Below are positions 48,968 through 59,074 of a stretch of DNA of 64,000 bases, in pieces. Made by a program: the position numbers and the translations under genes. The stretch comes from an uncultured Actinomycetes bacterium (GTDB taxonomy: Bacteria; Actinomycetota; UBA4738; HRBIN12). The stretch's first letter is position 1. Every line of letters starts with the position of its first letter. The notes under the pieces are model-generated. The model was not told the origin of the DNA. It saw nothing but the letters and a program-made list of their open reading frames with translations, and ran no database searches. The stretch spans positions 82,069-146,068 of the forward strand of contig CAVZUW010000009.1 in NCBI GenBank assembly GCA_963778545.1, read 5' to 3'.

Positions 48968-49690
48968 GTGCGAAAGCTCATCGGGAGTCTCGTGGTGGCG
49001 CTCGTCGCTGTGGCGTGCGGCGAGGCCGCAGCCACCCCGCCCCCGGGCCCGGACACGGCGGGCCTGTTGATCCGACAGTCGCCGAGCCCGTTCCAACAGG
49101 TCTCGGCGGGGCCCGTGTCCGCGCTGATCCCCGACGAGTGGTACCCGCGCCTGGCGGGGCCGATCGATGACCCGCGCCAGGGGATCGTCGCCGCCCCGCG
49201 CGCCCAGGCGTGGAGGGCCGACCGGCCGCCGCTCGAGGGGCTCGCCGCGATGTGGATCGACGGCACCGCCGTCGGCGTTCCGTCGGACTACTACTACCTG
49301 GCGGCCACCGGCCCGGCGCTCGACGTCCTCACGGGTTCGGAACAGTGCCGCGCGACGCGGCGGTACGTCGTCGCCGATCACCTGCCCGCGTTCGCGCACG
49401 GGGCGCCCGACTCGCCCGGCGACTACGTCGCCCACGGGCTCGGGACCTGTACCGTCGGCCAACAACCGACGCGGTGGGCCTACTTCGTCGCGGCCCCGGG
49501 CTACGGGCCGGTGCGCGAGGTCGGGATCCCGAGCTCGGGCCTGTACGTCGTGGTCGCCGTGATGCCCGCGTCTCCACGGGCGTCGTTCCTGCTCAACCGG
49601 CTGCTCCGGCGCACGGAGTTCAACGGCTCGTCGGTGGCCGACATGCTGGCCGCCGCGTCGCCGGCCGTGGCGCCCGGCGACCCGGCCTGA
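48968..49690 (+). CDS. hypothetical lipoprotein
   Basis: GTG 48968 gives VRKLIGSLVVALVAVACGE (lipobox) followed by 220 aa with no motif I recognise. An alternative ATG 48854 would add 38 non-signal residues. Confidence 0.5.
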   Translation: MRKLIGSLVVALVAVACGEAAATPPPGPDTAGLLIRQSPSPFQQVSAGPVSALIPDEWYPRLAGPIDDPRQGIVAAPRAQAWRADRPPLEGLAAMWIDGTAVGVPSDYYYLAATGPALDVLTGSEQCRATRRYVVADHLPAFAHGAPDSPGDYVAHGLGTCTVGQQPTRWAYFVAAPGYGPVREVGIPSSGLYVVVAVMPASPRASFLLNRLLRRTEFNGSSVADMLAAASPAVAPGDPA

Positions 49691-49695
49691 CCCGC

Positions 49696-49713
49696 GGGAC
49701 CGCCGGCGGTCCC
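49696..49713. terminator. 18-bp perfect palindrome between the convergent lipoprotein gene and gcvT
   Basis: GGGACCGCC/GGCGGTCCC. Confidence 0.45.
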
Positions 49714-49730
49714 GATCTCGAGGGGACGAC

Positions 49731-50841
49731 TCAGCGCGGCGAGCGGTCGACGAATGGGGTCGTCACGACCTTCGCCGAGGCCCTGCGGCCGCGGATGTCG
49801 ATCTCGACCGCCGCGCCGGGTTCGAATCCCTCCGCCGGCGAGAGGTACGCCAGCGCGATCCCGTGACCGAGCAGCGGCGAGAACGACCCGCTCGTCACCT
49901 CGCCCACGGTCCGACCGTCCGCGAGGACCTGCTGGTGCGAACGCGGGATGTGGCGTCGATCCGCGGTCGCGAGTCCGCGGAGGAGGCTCGGCAGGCCCTG
50001 TTCGCGCTGGCGTTCGAGCGCGTCGCGCCCCGCGAACGAACCCTTGTCGAACGAGACCGCCCACCCGAGCCCGGCCTCGAGCGGTCGTCCGGTCGGGACC
50101 GAGATCCTGCCCGTACAGCGGGTACCCCATCTCCAGACGCAGCACGTCGCGCGCCCCGAGGCCACAGGGCTCGAGGTCGAACGGGCGTCCCGCCGTGACG
50201 ATCGCGTCCCAGAGCTCGGTCGCGATCGCGGCGTCGGCGAACAGCTCGAACCCCCGCTCCCCCGTGTAGCCGGTCCGCGCGAGCACGACCTCGGTCCCGT
50301 GCCAGTCGACCACCCGGACCCCGCGGAACGGGAGCTCGACCGCCGTCCGCCAGAGTTTGCTCACCACGGCGTGCGACCTGGGTCCCTGCACCCCGAGGAA
50401 GCACCAGCCGTCGTGGTCGACCACCTCGGCCCCGGCGGAACGCACCGCGGCGACGACCTTGTCCTTGTTGGCCGCGTTCGGGACCAGGAACCAGCGCTCG
50501 CCTGCGAGGCGGTAGACGAACAGGTCCTCCTCGACGCCGCCGCGCTCGTTCAGGAGGTGGTGGTACTGGGCCCGCCCGACGTCGACCTTTCGGAGGTCAT
50601 TGGTCAGCAGGCCCTGCAGCGCGTCGAACGCCGAGGCGCCCACGACGTCGACCTTGCCGAGGTGGCTGAGGTCGAACAGGCCGACGCGCTCTCGGACCGC
50701 GCGATGTTCGGACAGGACACCCCGGTACTCGATCGGCATCAGCCAGCCGCCGAACGGCCCGAGCTTGGCTCCCAGGCTCCGGTGGAGCTCCTCCAGCGGC
50801 CCGTGCCGCGTGTCCGGGTCAGGCGTGCTTGTGTCGGTCAC
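49731..50841 (-). CDS. gcvT: glycine cleavage system aminomethyltransferase, frame break near 50080-50092
   Basis: MPIEYRGVLSEHRAVRERVGLFDLSHLGK...TGYTGERGFEL...LRLEMGYPLYGQDLGPDRT is in the ORF 49501..50841 frame. PLEAGLGWAVSFDKGSFAGRDAL...GEVTSGSFSPLLG is in the ORF 49731..50165 frame. Confidence 0.85.
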
Positions 50842-50890
50842 GGCCGCGTCATCCTACGTTCGAGGAGTCGTCACACGGAAGCGCGGTAGC

Positions 50891-52279
50891 ATGGCCGTCC
50901 GGATGTCCGACGTCTACGACGTAGTCGTGATCGGCTCGGGGACAGGGGGCTACTCCTGCGCCCTGCGAGCAGCGCAGTTGGGCAAGCGGGTCGCGATCGT
51001 GGAGCGCGACGAGCGCCTGGGCGGCACCTGCTTGCTGCGCGGCTGCATCCCCACCAAGGCGCTGCTGCAGTCGGCCGCGGTGATGGACACCGTCAACCGC
51101 TCCGAGGAATGGGGCATCAAGGCCTCGGGCGAGCCCGACTGGACGCAGGTACAGGCGTTCGAGAACAAGATCGTCGACAAGCTCGTGTCCGGGCTCACCG
51201 GCCTGGTGAAGGCTCGGAAGATCGACGTGATCCGGGGTTCCGCGGTCCTGCAGGCGGGACCCTCCGTTCAGGTGGACGGCCGGACGATCACCGCCGCCGA
51301 CGTGGTCGTCGCCACCGGGTCGCGTCCCAAGCTCCTGCCGGGTCTGGAGGTCACGCCCCGGATCATCACGAGCGACGAGGCGCTCTGGTTCGCCGAGATC
51401 CCCTCGTCGGCGGTGATCATCGGCGCGGGGGCGATCGGGCTCGAGTTCGCGAGCTTCTACCGCTCGATGGGCGCCGACGTGACGATGGTCGAGGCGCTCC
51501 CGCGCGTCGCGCCGCTCGAGGACGAGGACCTGTCCAAGGAGATCGCCCGCGCGTTCCGCAAGCGCGGGATCGCCGCTCACGCCGGCGCCAGCGTGACCGG
51601 CGTGACGGACTCGGGCGATCACGTCGAGGTCGCGTTCGAGGCCGGGGGGACCGCCCAGACCGTTACCGCCGACGTCTGTCTGGTCGCCGTCGGTCGCGGA
51701 CCGGTCACCGACGGTCTCGGGCTCGAGGAGGCCGGGGTCGAGCTCGACCGCGGGTTCGTCAAGGTCGACGGCCAGCTTCAGACGACCGCCGCCCACGTCT
51801 GGGCGATCGGCGACGTCGCGGCCACCCCGCTCCAGCTCGCCCACGTCTCGTTCACCGAGGGCTACGCGGTCGCGGAACGCATCGCCGGCGTCCCGGTGCC
51901 GGAGATCGACTACACGCAGATCCCGCGCGTGACCTACTGCTCGCCCGAGATCGCCTCGGTCGGCATCACCGAGGCGCAGGCCATCGAGCGCGGCCACGAG
52001 GTCGTGGTCGAGCGGTTCAACTTCCAGGGGGTCGGCAAGGCGAACATCGTGGCCGAGGGCGGGCTCATCAAGGTCGTGGCCGCCAAGGACGGCCCGGTGC
52101 TCGGCGTCCACATGGTCGGCCCGCACGTCACCGACCTGATCTCCGAGTCCATGCTCGCGGTCGCGTGGGAGGCCGTCCCCGCAGAGGTCGCCGCGCTGAT
52201 CCACCCCCACCCGACGCTGTCCGAGGGCGTCGGCGAGGCCTTCCTGGCGCTCGCCGGCAAGCCCCTCCACGGAGCCTGA
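50891..52279 (+). CDS. lpd: dihydrolipoyl dehydrogenase (E3)
   Basis: DVVVIGSGTGGY, GGTCLLRGCIPTK (redox disulfide) and HPHPTLSE are present. A TAGCAT box overlaps ATG 50891, so ATG 50903 (MSDVYDVVVIG) may be the real start. Confidence 0.9.
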   Translation: MAVRMSDVYDVVVIGSGTGGYSCALRAAQLGKRVAIVERDERLGGTCLLRGCIPTKALLQSAAVMDTVNRSEEWGIKASGEPDWTQVQAFENKIVDKLVSGLTGLVKARKIDVIRGSAVLQAGPSVQVDGRTITAADVVVATGSRPKLLPGLEVTPRIITSDEALWFAEIPSSAVIIGAGAIGLEFASFYRSMGADVTMVEALPRVAPLEDEDLSKEIARAFRKRGIAAHAGASVTGVTDSGDHVEVAFEAGGTAQTVTADVCLVAVGRGPVTDGLGLEEAGVELDRGFVKVDGQLQTTAAHVWAIGDVAATPLQLAHVSFTEGYAVAERIAGVPVPEIDYTQIPRVTYCSPEIASVGITEAQAIERGHEVVVERFNFQGVGKANIVAEGGLIKVVAAKDGPVLGVHMVGPHVTDLISESMLAVAWEAVPAEVAALIHPHPTLSEGVGEAFLALAGKPLHGA

Positions 52280-52281
52280 TC

Positions 52282-53346
52282 GTGGCGACGAGGGTCGAGA
52301 AGCAGAAGCTCGCGGCGGAGGACTGGCGCGTCGGCCTGTCCGACGAGCAGCTGCGCGACCTCCTGTACACGCTCAAGCTCTGCCGGTACTTCGACGAGCG
52401 GATGGAGGCCCTGTACCGCCAGGGGCGGCTTCCCGGCGCGATCTACTCCGGTCGCGGCCAGGAGGGCACCCACGTCGGCGTGACCGCCGCGCTCCGCAAG
52501 GACGACTCGCTCTTCCCGACCCACCGCGACCTGTCGGCGCAGCTCACCAAGGGCCTAGACCTGAACCGCGTGATGGCGCAGTTCTGGGGCCGGATCGACG
52601 GCTTCACGCGCGGGCGCGACGGCAACAGCCACGTGGGCGACTGGCAGGGGAACCGGACGTGGACGGTGATGTCGCACCTCCCGATCGCCTACCCGGTCGC
52701 GTGCGGCTCGGCGCTCGCGTACAAGATGCGCGGGGAGCCGAGGGTCGCCCTGGCGATCTGCGGCGACGGCGCCACCTCGAACGGCCGGTGGCACGAGGCG
52801 TTGAACATGTCGGCGATCCACCAGCTCCCGGTCGTCTGGGTCGTGAACAACAACCAGTACGCGTACTCCACGCCCAACCCGCTCGAGTTCCCGGTCCCGA
52901 CGATCGCCGAGCGCGCCGGCGCGTACGGGATGCCGGGCGTCCGCATCGACGCGCAGGACGTGCTCGACGTCTACCGGCTCGCGCACGACGCGGTCGAACG
53001 CGCCCGCGAGGGCGGCGGGCCGACGCTGATCGAGAGCGTCTCGCTGCGCTGGCGTGGACACGCCGGTCACGACCCCGCGAAGTACGTCCCGAAGGAGCTG
53101 CTCGAGGAGTACATGCGCGACAAGGACCCGGTGAAGCGGTTCGAGGAGCTGCTCCGAACGCGAGGCGTCGTGAGCGACCAGGACGTGACCGACCTCGACG
53201 AGCGGATCCGGTCGGCGTTCGAGGCCGGCTACGAGTACGCGCTGTCCTCGCCGTTCCCCGAGCCCGGCGACGTCACCAAGGGCCTGTACACCGACGACGG
53301 CTACTGGGCCTCCGAGCCCGGCCGCGGCGGCGGGACCGAGGCCTGA
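52282..53346 (+). CDS. 2-oxoacid dehydrogenase E1 component alpha subunit (TPP-dependent)
   Basis: GTG 52282 lies 3 nt after the lpd stop. The protein has YRQGRLPGAIYSGRGQEG, ICGDGATSNGRWHEALN and VNNNQYAYSTP. Confidence 0.85.
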   Translation: MATRVEKQKLAAEDWRVGLSDEQLRDLLYTLKLCRYFDERMEALYRQGRLPGAIYSGRGQEGTHVGVTAALRKDDSLFPTHRDLSAQLTKGLDLNRVMAQFWGRIDGFTRGRDGNSHVGDWQGNRTWTVMSHLPIAYPVACGSALAYKMRGEPRVALAICGDGATSNGRWHEALNMSAIHQLPVVWVVNNNQYAYSTPNPLEFPVPTIAERAGAYGMPGVRIDAQDVLDVYRLAHDAVERAREGGGPTLIESVSLRWRGHAGHDPAKYVPKELLEEYMRDKDPVKRFEELLRTRGVVSDQDVTDLDERIRSAFEAGYEYALSSPFPEPGDVTKGLYTDDGYWASEPGRGGGTEA

Positions 53347-54392
53347 TGGCGACGCGGGCCGTCGAGGCGTCCGCGGCCGGCCACGGCGCCGAGCCGCGGG
53401 GCAAGCGGACGGACCAGGGCGAGGCGACGTACCTGGTCGCGATCGCCGAGGCGCTCTGGGAGGAGATGGAACGCGACGAGCGCGTGTTCCTGCTCGGCGA
53501 GGACATCGGCGTGTACGGCGGCGCGTTCAAGGTGACCGAGGGCTTCATCGAGCGCTTCGGACCGACCCGAGTGATGGATACGCCGATCGTCGAGGAGACG
53601 ATCGTCGGGACCGCGCTCGGGGCGGCGATGGAGGGTCTGCGCCCGGTCGCCGAGTTCCAGTACGCCGACTTCATGTCGAGCGGCTACGACGAGATCACGA
53701 CCGCGCTCGCGCGCTACCACTACCGGAGCGGCGTCCCGGTCCCGGTGGTGCTGCGCGGACCGTCGGGCGGCGGGGTGCGCGCGTCGAGCTTCCACTCGAC
53801 CAACCCCGAGCCATGGCTCTCGCAGGCGCCCGGGCTCAAGGTGATCTGCCCCGCGTTCCCCTCGGACGCCAAGGGCCTGCTGAAGGCGGCGATCCGCGAC
53901 GACAACCCGTGCGTGTTCCTCGAACACAAGTGGATCTACCGGCGGATCAAGGAGATCGTCTCGGACGACCCCGACCACCTCGTCCCGATCGGCAAGGCCG
54001 ACGTCAAGCGCGAGGGCAGCGACGTGTCGGTGATCGCGCACGGGATGATGGTGCACCTCGCGCTCGAGGCCGCCGAGACCCTGGCGAACGAGGGCATCCA
54101 GGTCGAGGTGCTCGACCTTCGGACCGTCCAGCCGCTCGACGAGGAGGCGATCCTCCAGAGCGTGACGAAGACGAGCCGCGCGGTCGTGCTCTACGAGAGC
54201 CAGCGCTACCTGGGGACGGGCGCCGAGGTCGCGTCGCTGATCGCCGAGGAGGCGTTCGAGTCGCTGGACGCGCCGGTCGTCCGGCTCTCGCCGCCCCACG
54301 TCCCGGTGCCGTTCTCTCCCCCGCTCGAGGACGCGTACCTGCCACAGGTGTCCGACATCGAGGACGCCGTCCGCAAGCTGTCCGCGTGGTGA
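53346..54392 (+). CDS. 2-oxoacid dehydrogenase E1 component beta subunit
   Basis: TGATG overlap with the alpha gene. The protein has [34 protein letters not shown] and [10 protein letters not shown]. Confidence 0.9.
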   Translation: MATRAVEASAAGHGAEPRGKRTDQGEATYLVAIAEALWEEMERDERVFLLGEDIGVYGGAFKVTEGFIERFGPTRVMDTPIVEETIVGTALGAAMEGLRPVAEFQYADFMSSGYDEITTALARYHYRSGVPVPVVLRGPSGGGVRASSFHSTNPEPWLSQAPGLKVICPAFPSDAKGLLKAAIRDDNPCVFLEHKWIYRRIKEIVSDDPDHLVPIGKADVKREGSDVSVIAHGMMVHLALEAAETLANEGIQVEVLDLRTVQPLDEEAILQSVTKTSRAVVLYESQRYLGTGAEVASLIAEEAFESLDAPVVRLSPPHVPVPFSPPLEDAYLPQVSDIEDAVRKLSAW

Positions 54393-54405
54393 ACCTGGAG
54401 GCCGG

Positions 54406-55801
54406 ATGACCGTCGTCAAGATGCCGCAGCTCGGCGAGACCGTGATCGAGGGAACGATCCTGAAGTGGCTCAAGCAGGAGGGCGACCAGGTCGGGCTCGA
54501 CGAGCCGCTGTTCGAGATCTCGACCGACAAGGTCGACACCGAGGTGCCGTCGTCCGCCGCCGGGGTGCTCTCGAAGATCATGGTGGCGGAGGGCGAGACG
54601 GTCGCGGTCGGCACGGAGCTCGCGGAGATCGCCGACGGTGGGGCGGGTGCCGCCGGAGCTCCGGAGGCTGCGGCGCAGCTCGCTTCGGATGGCTCCTCGG
54701 AAGCCGAGACCTCGCCGGCAACCGCCGGTGGCGCCGATGCCCCCTCCCCTCCGGCACCACCCGCTGCTGCGCCATCCACCGCTCCCGCCGCGGCGCCGGT
54801 CGCGGCTTCGGCGCAGGCGGTCGCGGCGCCGCCTGCGGATCGGGGGCCGCGATCCCAGATCCTGTCGCCGCTCGTTCGGAAGCTGGCGAGCGAGCACGGG
54901 GTGGATCTCGCCCAGGTGTCGGGGACGGGGACGGGGGGGCGGATCACGAAGAACGACGTGCTGGGGTTCGTGGCGTCTCGAGGGGCCGGGGCGCCGGCCT
55001 CCGCCGGTGCGACGGCACCCGCTCCCGCTGCGCAGCCCGCTCCGGCGAGTGCGCCCGCGCCGGCTGCCGTCCCGCAGGTCGGCGCCCGCGGCCGTGGGCG
55101 GCGGAGAGGAGATCGTGCCGGTCTCGCACATCCGCAAGCAGATCGCGCAGCACATGAAGGCGTCGCTCGAGATCTCGGCACGGGCCTGGAACGCCGTCGA
55201 GGTCAACATGGAGAACGTCGCCCGCCTGCGCGAACGCACCAAGGACGCGTTCAAGGCGCGAGAGGGCTTCGGCCTCACGTACATGCCGTTCGTGACCCGG
55301 GCGGTCACCGAAGCTCTGCTCGCCCACCCGATGGTCAACAGCGAGCTCCGGGGCGAGGAGATCGCGGTCAAGCACTTCGTCAACATGGGGATCGCCGTGA
55401 GCTACGACGAGGGGCTCATCGTCCCCGTCCTGAAGGGGACGGACACGATGAACCTGCTCGGGATCGCGAGAGGGATCAACGACCTCGCCGGGCGCGCGCG
55501 GGCCAAGAAGCTCCAGCCCGACGAGGTCCACGGCGGGACGTTCACGATCACGAACCCGGGACCGTTCGGCTCGTTGATCTCGGTCCCGATCATCAACCAG
55601 CCGCAGACCGCCATCCTCGGGTTCGACAGCGTGGAGAAGCGGCCCGTCGTGATCGACGACACGATCGCGATCCGGCACATGGTCTACATCTCGATGTCGT
55701 GGGACCACCGCGTGATCGACGGCGCGCTCGCCTCGCAGTTCCTCGCGAGGGTCAAGCAGAACCTCGAGACGTGGGACTTCGCCGAGGACCTGGGGCTCTG
55801 A
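54406..55801 (+). CDS. dihydrolipoamide acyltransferase (E2), frame break in the Ala/Pro linker near 55070-55095
   Basis: The lipoyl domain ([11 protein letters not shown]) and E3-binding domain ([32 protein letters not shown]) are in the ORF 54406 frame. The catalytic domain ([14 protein letters not shown]...[10 protein letters not shown]) is in the ORF 54638..55801 frame. Confidence 0.85.
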
Positions 55802-55805
55802 CCCC

Positions 55806-56507
55806 ATGGCACGCCTGATCCGACCCGCCGGTCTCGTCGACTACGACGCCGCGAACGCCGAGATGCACGCGCTGGCCGAACGGCGCCTGACCGGCGACGC
55901 CGAGGACACGCTGATCCTGCTCGAGCATCCCCCGGTCTACACGGCCGGCCGCCGCTGGCAGCCCGACCACATCGTGTGGACCGAGGAGCGGATCGCCGCC
56001 GCCGGCGCCGAGCTCCGGTTCATCGATCGGGGCGGCTCGCTCACGTTCCACGGCCCCGGGCAGCTCGTCGGGTACCCGGTGCTGGATCTCGGCCCTCGGC
56101 CCGACGCGATGCGGTTCGTGCGCGATCTCGAGGAGGTCGTGATCCGGGCGTCGGCCGACGTCGGCGTCGAGCTCCACCGCAGCGACGTGCAGACCGGCGT
56201 GTGGTCCGGACCGAGCAAGGTCTGCGCGATCGGCGTCCGGCTGATGCGGATGCGGGTCTCGCTGCACGGGTTCGCGCTCAACTGCACGACCGACCTGTCG
56301 TGGTACGACGCGATCGTCCCGTGCGGGCTCGCCGGCGAGGGCGTGACGTCCCTGACCCGGCTCGCCGGGCGCGAGATCGCCGTGGAGGAGATGGCGCCGC
56401 TCGTCGTCCGGCGGTTCGAGGACGTGTTCGGGCAGCGCCTGGACCCGGGCGACCAGACCTGGCCCGAGGGGTTGATCGAGACCCTCGCGGCGACCGCGAC
56501 CGCGTGA
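55806..56507 (+). CDS. lipB: lipoyl(octanoyl) transferase
   Basis: 233 aa with [28 protein letters not shown] and KVCAIGVR. Confidence 0.9.
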   Translation: MARLIRPAGLVDYDAANAEMHALAERRLTGDAEDTLILLEHPPVYTAGRRWQPDHIVWTEERIAAAGAELRFIDRGGSLTFHGPGQLVGYPVLDLGPRPDAMRFVRDLEEVVIRASADVGVELHRSDVQTGVWSGPSKVCAIGVRLMRMRVSLHGFALNCTTDLSWYDAIVPCGLAGEGVTSLTRLAGREIAVEEMAPLVVRRFEDVFGQRLDPGDQTWPEGLIETLAATATA

Positions 56508-57277
56508 GCGACGACCGGATCCATCCCGCGGCGAGCCTGGGGTTCGAGGTCGCCGTCGAGCACTACGAGCGCGGACGCCCGTCCTACCCGGACGACGCCG
56601 TCACCTACTTCGTGCGCGAGCTCGGGATCGCCGAGGGTCGCGATGTGCTGGAGCTGGGTGCGGGGACGGGGAAGTTCACCGAGCTCATCGTGCACACGGG
56701 CGCGCGGATCATCGGGGTCGAGCCGGTCCCGGCGATGCGCGCGGCGCTCGAGCGCAACTGCCCCACCGTCCGGGTGGTCGACGGCACGGCGGAGGCGATC
56801 CCGGCGGAGGACGCCGCGTTCGACACGGTGCTCGCCGCCGCGGCCTTCCACTGGTTCGACGGCGTCCGCGCGCTGCCCGAGATCCACCGGGTCCTGCGCC
56901 CCGAGGGCGCGCTCGGCCTGATCTGGAACGCACGCGACGAGGCGAGCGACTGGTCCGAACGGCTGACCGAGATCTTCGACCGGCTGGCCGGCGAAGGCGC
57001 CCCCCGATACCGATCCGGCAGGTGGCGGGTGGCGTTCGAGCGGACCGACCTGTTCGGTCCGCTCCACCACCGCGTCGCGTACCACGTCCACCGCGTGACG
57101 CCCGAGGCGTTCCTCGATCGGGTGCTCTCGGTGAGCTACGTGGCCGCGGCCTCCGATGACGAACGCGAACGCGTCCGCGCTGAGGTCGAGGAGCTCCTCG
57201 CGACCGACCCCGAGCTCGGCGGCGACGAGATCGCGATCCCGTACCGGGCGGACGTGTTCTGGACCTGGAGGCGCTGA
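56504..57277 (+). CDS. class I SAM-dependent methyltransferase
   Basis: GTG 56504 overlaps the lipB stop (GTGA). The protein has VLELGAGTGKFT, AAAAFHWF and LRPEGALGLIWN. Confidence 0.75.
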   Translation: MSDDRIHPAASLGFEVAVEHYERGRPSYPDDAVTYFVRELGIAEGRDVLELGAGTGKFTELIVHTGARIIGVEPVPAMRAALERNCPTVRVVDGTAEAIPAEDAAFDTVLAAAAFHWFDGVRALPEIHRVLRPEGALGLIWNARDEASDWSERLTEIFDRLAGEGAPRYRSGRWRVAFERTDLFGPLHHRVAYHVHRVTPEAFLDRVLSVSYVAAASDDERERVRAEVEELLATDPELGGDEIAIPYRADVFWTWRR

Positions 57278-57290
57278 GCGGCGACCGCGA

Positions 57291-58034
57291 TCAGGCGCCG
57301 GCGACGAGCGTGTACCGGGGCCGCTGCTCGAGCCAGCCGAGCGGCCACGGCTCGTGGAGCTTGCCCGCCCACTCGACGTCGCGCAGGCGCTTGATGCGCA
57401 CCGCCGACCACCCGGCCTCGTGGACCGCGTCGATCAGCGGGACGGGCGAGGGCAGGCGCGCGAGCGGCAGCTCGGCCAGCACCTCCGCCGGGTACGGCGC
57501 GTGGTGATCGTCCCCCACGCCCATCAACCGGCGGAGCATCTCGGCGGCGAGGTCCTTGGCCTTGCGACGGAGGTCGTCCTCGCCCCAGACGCCCTCGAAC
57601 AGCACGAGGCGCTTCGACACCTCGCGCCACCGCGCGAGCGCGCCGACCGGATCGGGCAGCGTCCACAGGACGTGCCGCTCCATCACGGCGTCGAACGGTC
57701 CGTCGGGCGGCTCGGTACCCGAACCGACGACGAACCGCATCCGCTCGTCCAGCCCCCGCTCCTTCGCCTTGAGCTCGGCCCTGCCCAGCATCCCGGGCGA
57801 CAGGTCGAGCGCCGTGACCTCGTAGCCGAGCTCCGCGGCGAGCAGCGACAGTGCGCCGGTCCCCGCGCCGACGTCCAACACCTTCGAGCCGGGTCCGGGG
57901 AGGGCCTCGGCGAGGGCCTGACGCCAGGCCGCAGCCTCGAGCGGATCCGAGATCGCGTGCGAGCGCGTCTCGTCGTACGTGTCGGAGTCCCGGTCCCAGT
58001 AGTCGCGGATCCGGTCGTGGACGTCGCCGGTCAT
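57291..58034 (-). CDS. class I SAM-dependent methyltransferase
   Basis: 247 aa with VLDVGAGTGALSLLAAELGYEVTALDLSPGML. Confidence 0.75.
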   Translation of the reverse strand: MTGDVHDRIRDYWDRDSDTYDETRSHAISDPLEAAAWRQALAEALPGPGSKVLDVGAGTGALSLLAAELGYEVTALDLSPGMLGRAELKAKERGLDERMRFVVGSGTEPPDGPFDAVMERHVLWTLPDPVGALARWREVSKRLVLFEGVWGEDDLRRKAKDLAAEMLRRLMGVGDDHHAPYPAEVLAELPLARLPSPVPLIDAVHEAGWSAVRIKRLRDVEWAGKLHEPWPLGWLEQRPRYTLVAGA

Positions 58035-58041
58035 CGCGACC

Positions 58042-58845
58042 TCAGAACAGCGCGGCGGCGAGCTTGCGGCGGTACTCGGCGACCAGCTCGTCGTCCTCGC
58101 CGAGCACCGTGAACACTTCGAGCATCGCCTGGCGGGCGTCCGGGTCGTCGGGCAGGGCGCCCAGCATCGCGTCCAGCGCCTCGCGCCATGTCCCCTTCGC
58201 GGCCAGGCGCTTGGCGGATGCCAGCGTCCCGGGCTCGGTCAGGTTGGCCCAGTCGCGCACCTCGAGCATCGCCAGGATGCGTTCGGCCTCCGGGTCGGGC
58301 AGGGCCGGCGCGAGCGTCTCGCGCGCCAGGTCCTCGCGTCCGGTCTCGGCGTAGATCCGCGCGAGCCCGACGCGGGCGTCCCGACTGGTGGGATCGACCT
58401 CGAGGGCCTCGCGATACTTCTCCTCGGCGTCGTCGAGGTGTCCTTCGAGCTCCTCCTCGAGCGCTTCCTCTGCCTCCAGCTCGGCCTCCGACGGCATCAG
58501 CTTGTCGACGAACTCGTTCACCATCGGCTCGGGGATCGCTCCGACGAACCCGTCGATCGGCTGTCCGTCGCGGAACGCGACCACGGTCGGGATGCTCTGC
58601 ACGCCGAACTGGCCGGCCGTGTACGGGTTGGCATCGACGTCCAGCTTGGCGAGCAGGAACGCGCCGCTGCGCTCGCCCGCGACCTTCTCCAGGATCGGAC
58701 CGAGCGTGCGGCAGGGGCCGCACCACGACGCCCACAGGTCGACGACCACGGGACGCTTCTTGGACTCCTCGATCACGGTCTCGAGGAAGTTCTGGTCGGT
58801 CGCCTCGACGACGACCGGCCCGGATTCGGTCACCTGTTCCTGCAT
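58042..58845 (-). CDS. thioredoxin-domain plus TPR-like co-chaperone (YbbN/CnoX-like)
   Basis: The 267 aa run from MQEQVTESG. VVVDLWASWCGPCRTLGP is followed by a helical TPR-like C-terminal half. The upstream part of ORF 58042..59049 is shadow. Confidence 0.8.
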   Translation of the reverse strand: MQEQVTESGPVVVEATDQNFLETVIEESKKRPVVVDLWASWCGPCRTLGPILEKVAGERSGAFLLAKLDVDANPYTAGQFGVQSIPTVVAFRDGQPIDGFVGAIPEPMVNEFVDKLMPSEAELEAEEALEEELEGHLDDAEEKYREALEVDPTSRDARVGLARIYAETGREDLARETLAPALPDPEAERILAMLEVRDWANLTEPGTLASAKRLAAKGTWREALDAMLGALPDDPDARQAMLEVFTVLGEDDELVAEYRRKLAAALF

Positions 58846-59062
58846 CTCCACCCCAGAGTAATCAGCTTGGCCTCGAATCGTCTCGCCGCTCGAGCCGCAT
58901 CCCTCATGTCGGGCAGCGTTCCTCGGGTCCGCCCCGAGCAGATGGGCAGAGGGCCGCCCTCGATCCGGCGCCGGGGGCGGTGCCATGACCCGAACCTCGC
59001 CGCCTTCGATCCAGGTGCGCCGACGCCGAACGAACGCGGCCGGGATCACGCAGGGCCGATGC

Positions 59063-59068
59063 TAGACT
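59063..59068 (+). promoter_or_regulatory. -10-like box TAGACT, 6 nt before GTG of the second E1 alpha gene
   Basis: TAGACTcgccgtGTG with no RBS. Confidence 0.45.
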
Positions 59069-59074
59069 CGCCGT

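Noticed and set aside
49818-49835. GGGTTCGAATCCCTCC, reminiscent of a tRNA T-arm
   Set aside because: The flanking bases do not pair (CCGGG against CCCTC) and no acceptor or anticodon arms are present. It lies inside the gcvT coding sequence. I found no tRNA genes anywhere in the window.
50842-50890. Possible glycine riboswitch upstream of gcvT
   Set aside because: Only 49 nt separate gcvT from divergent lpd, which is too short for a glycine riboswitch. No conserved aptamer motifs were seen.
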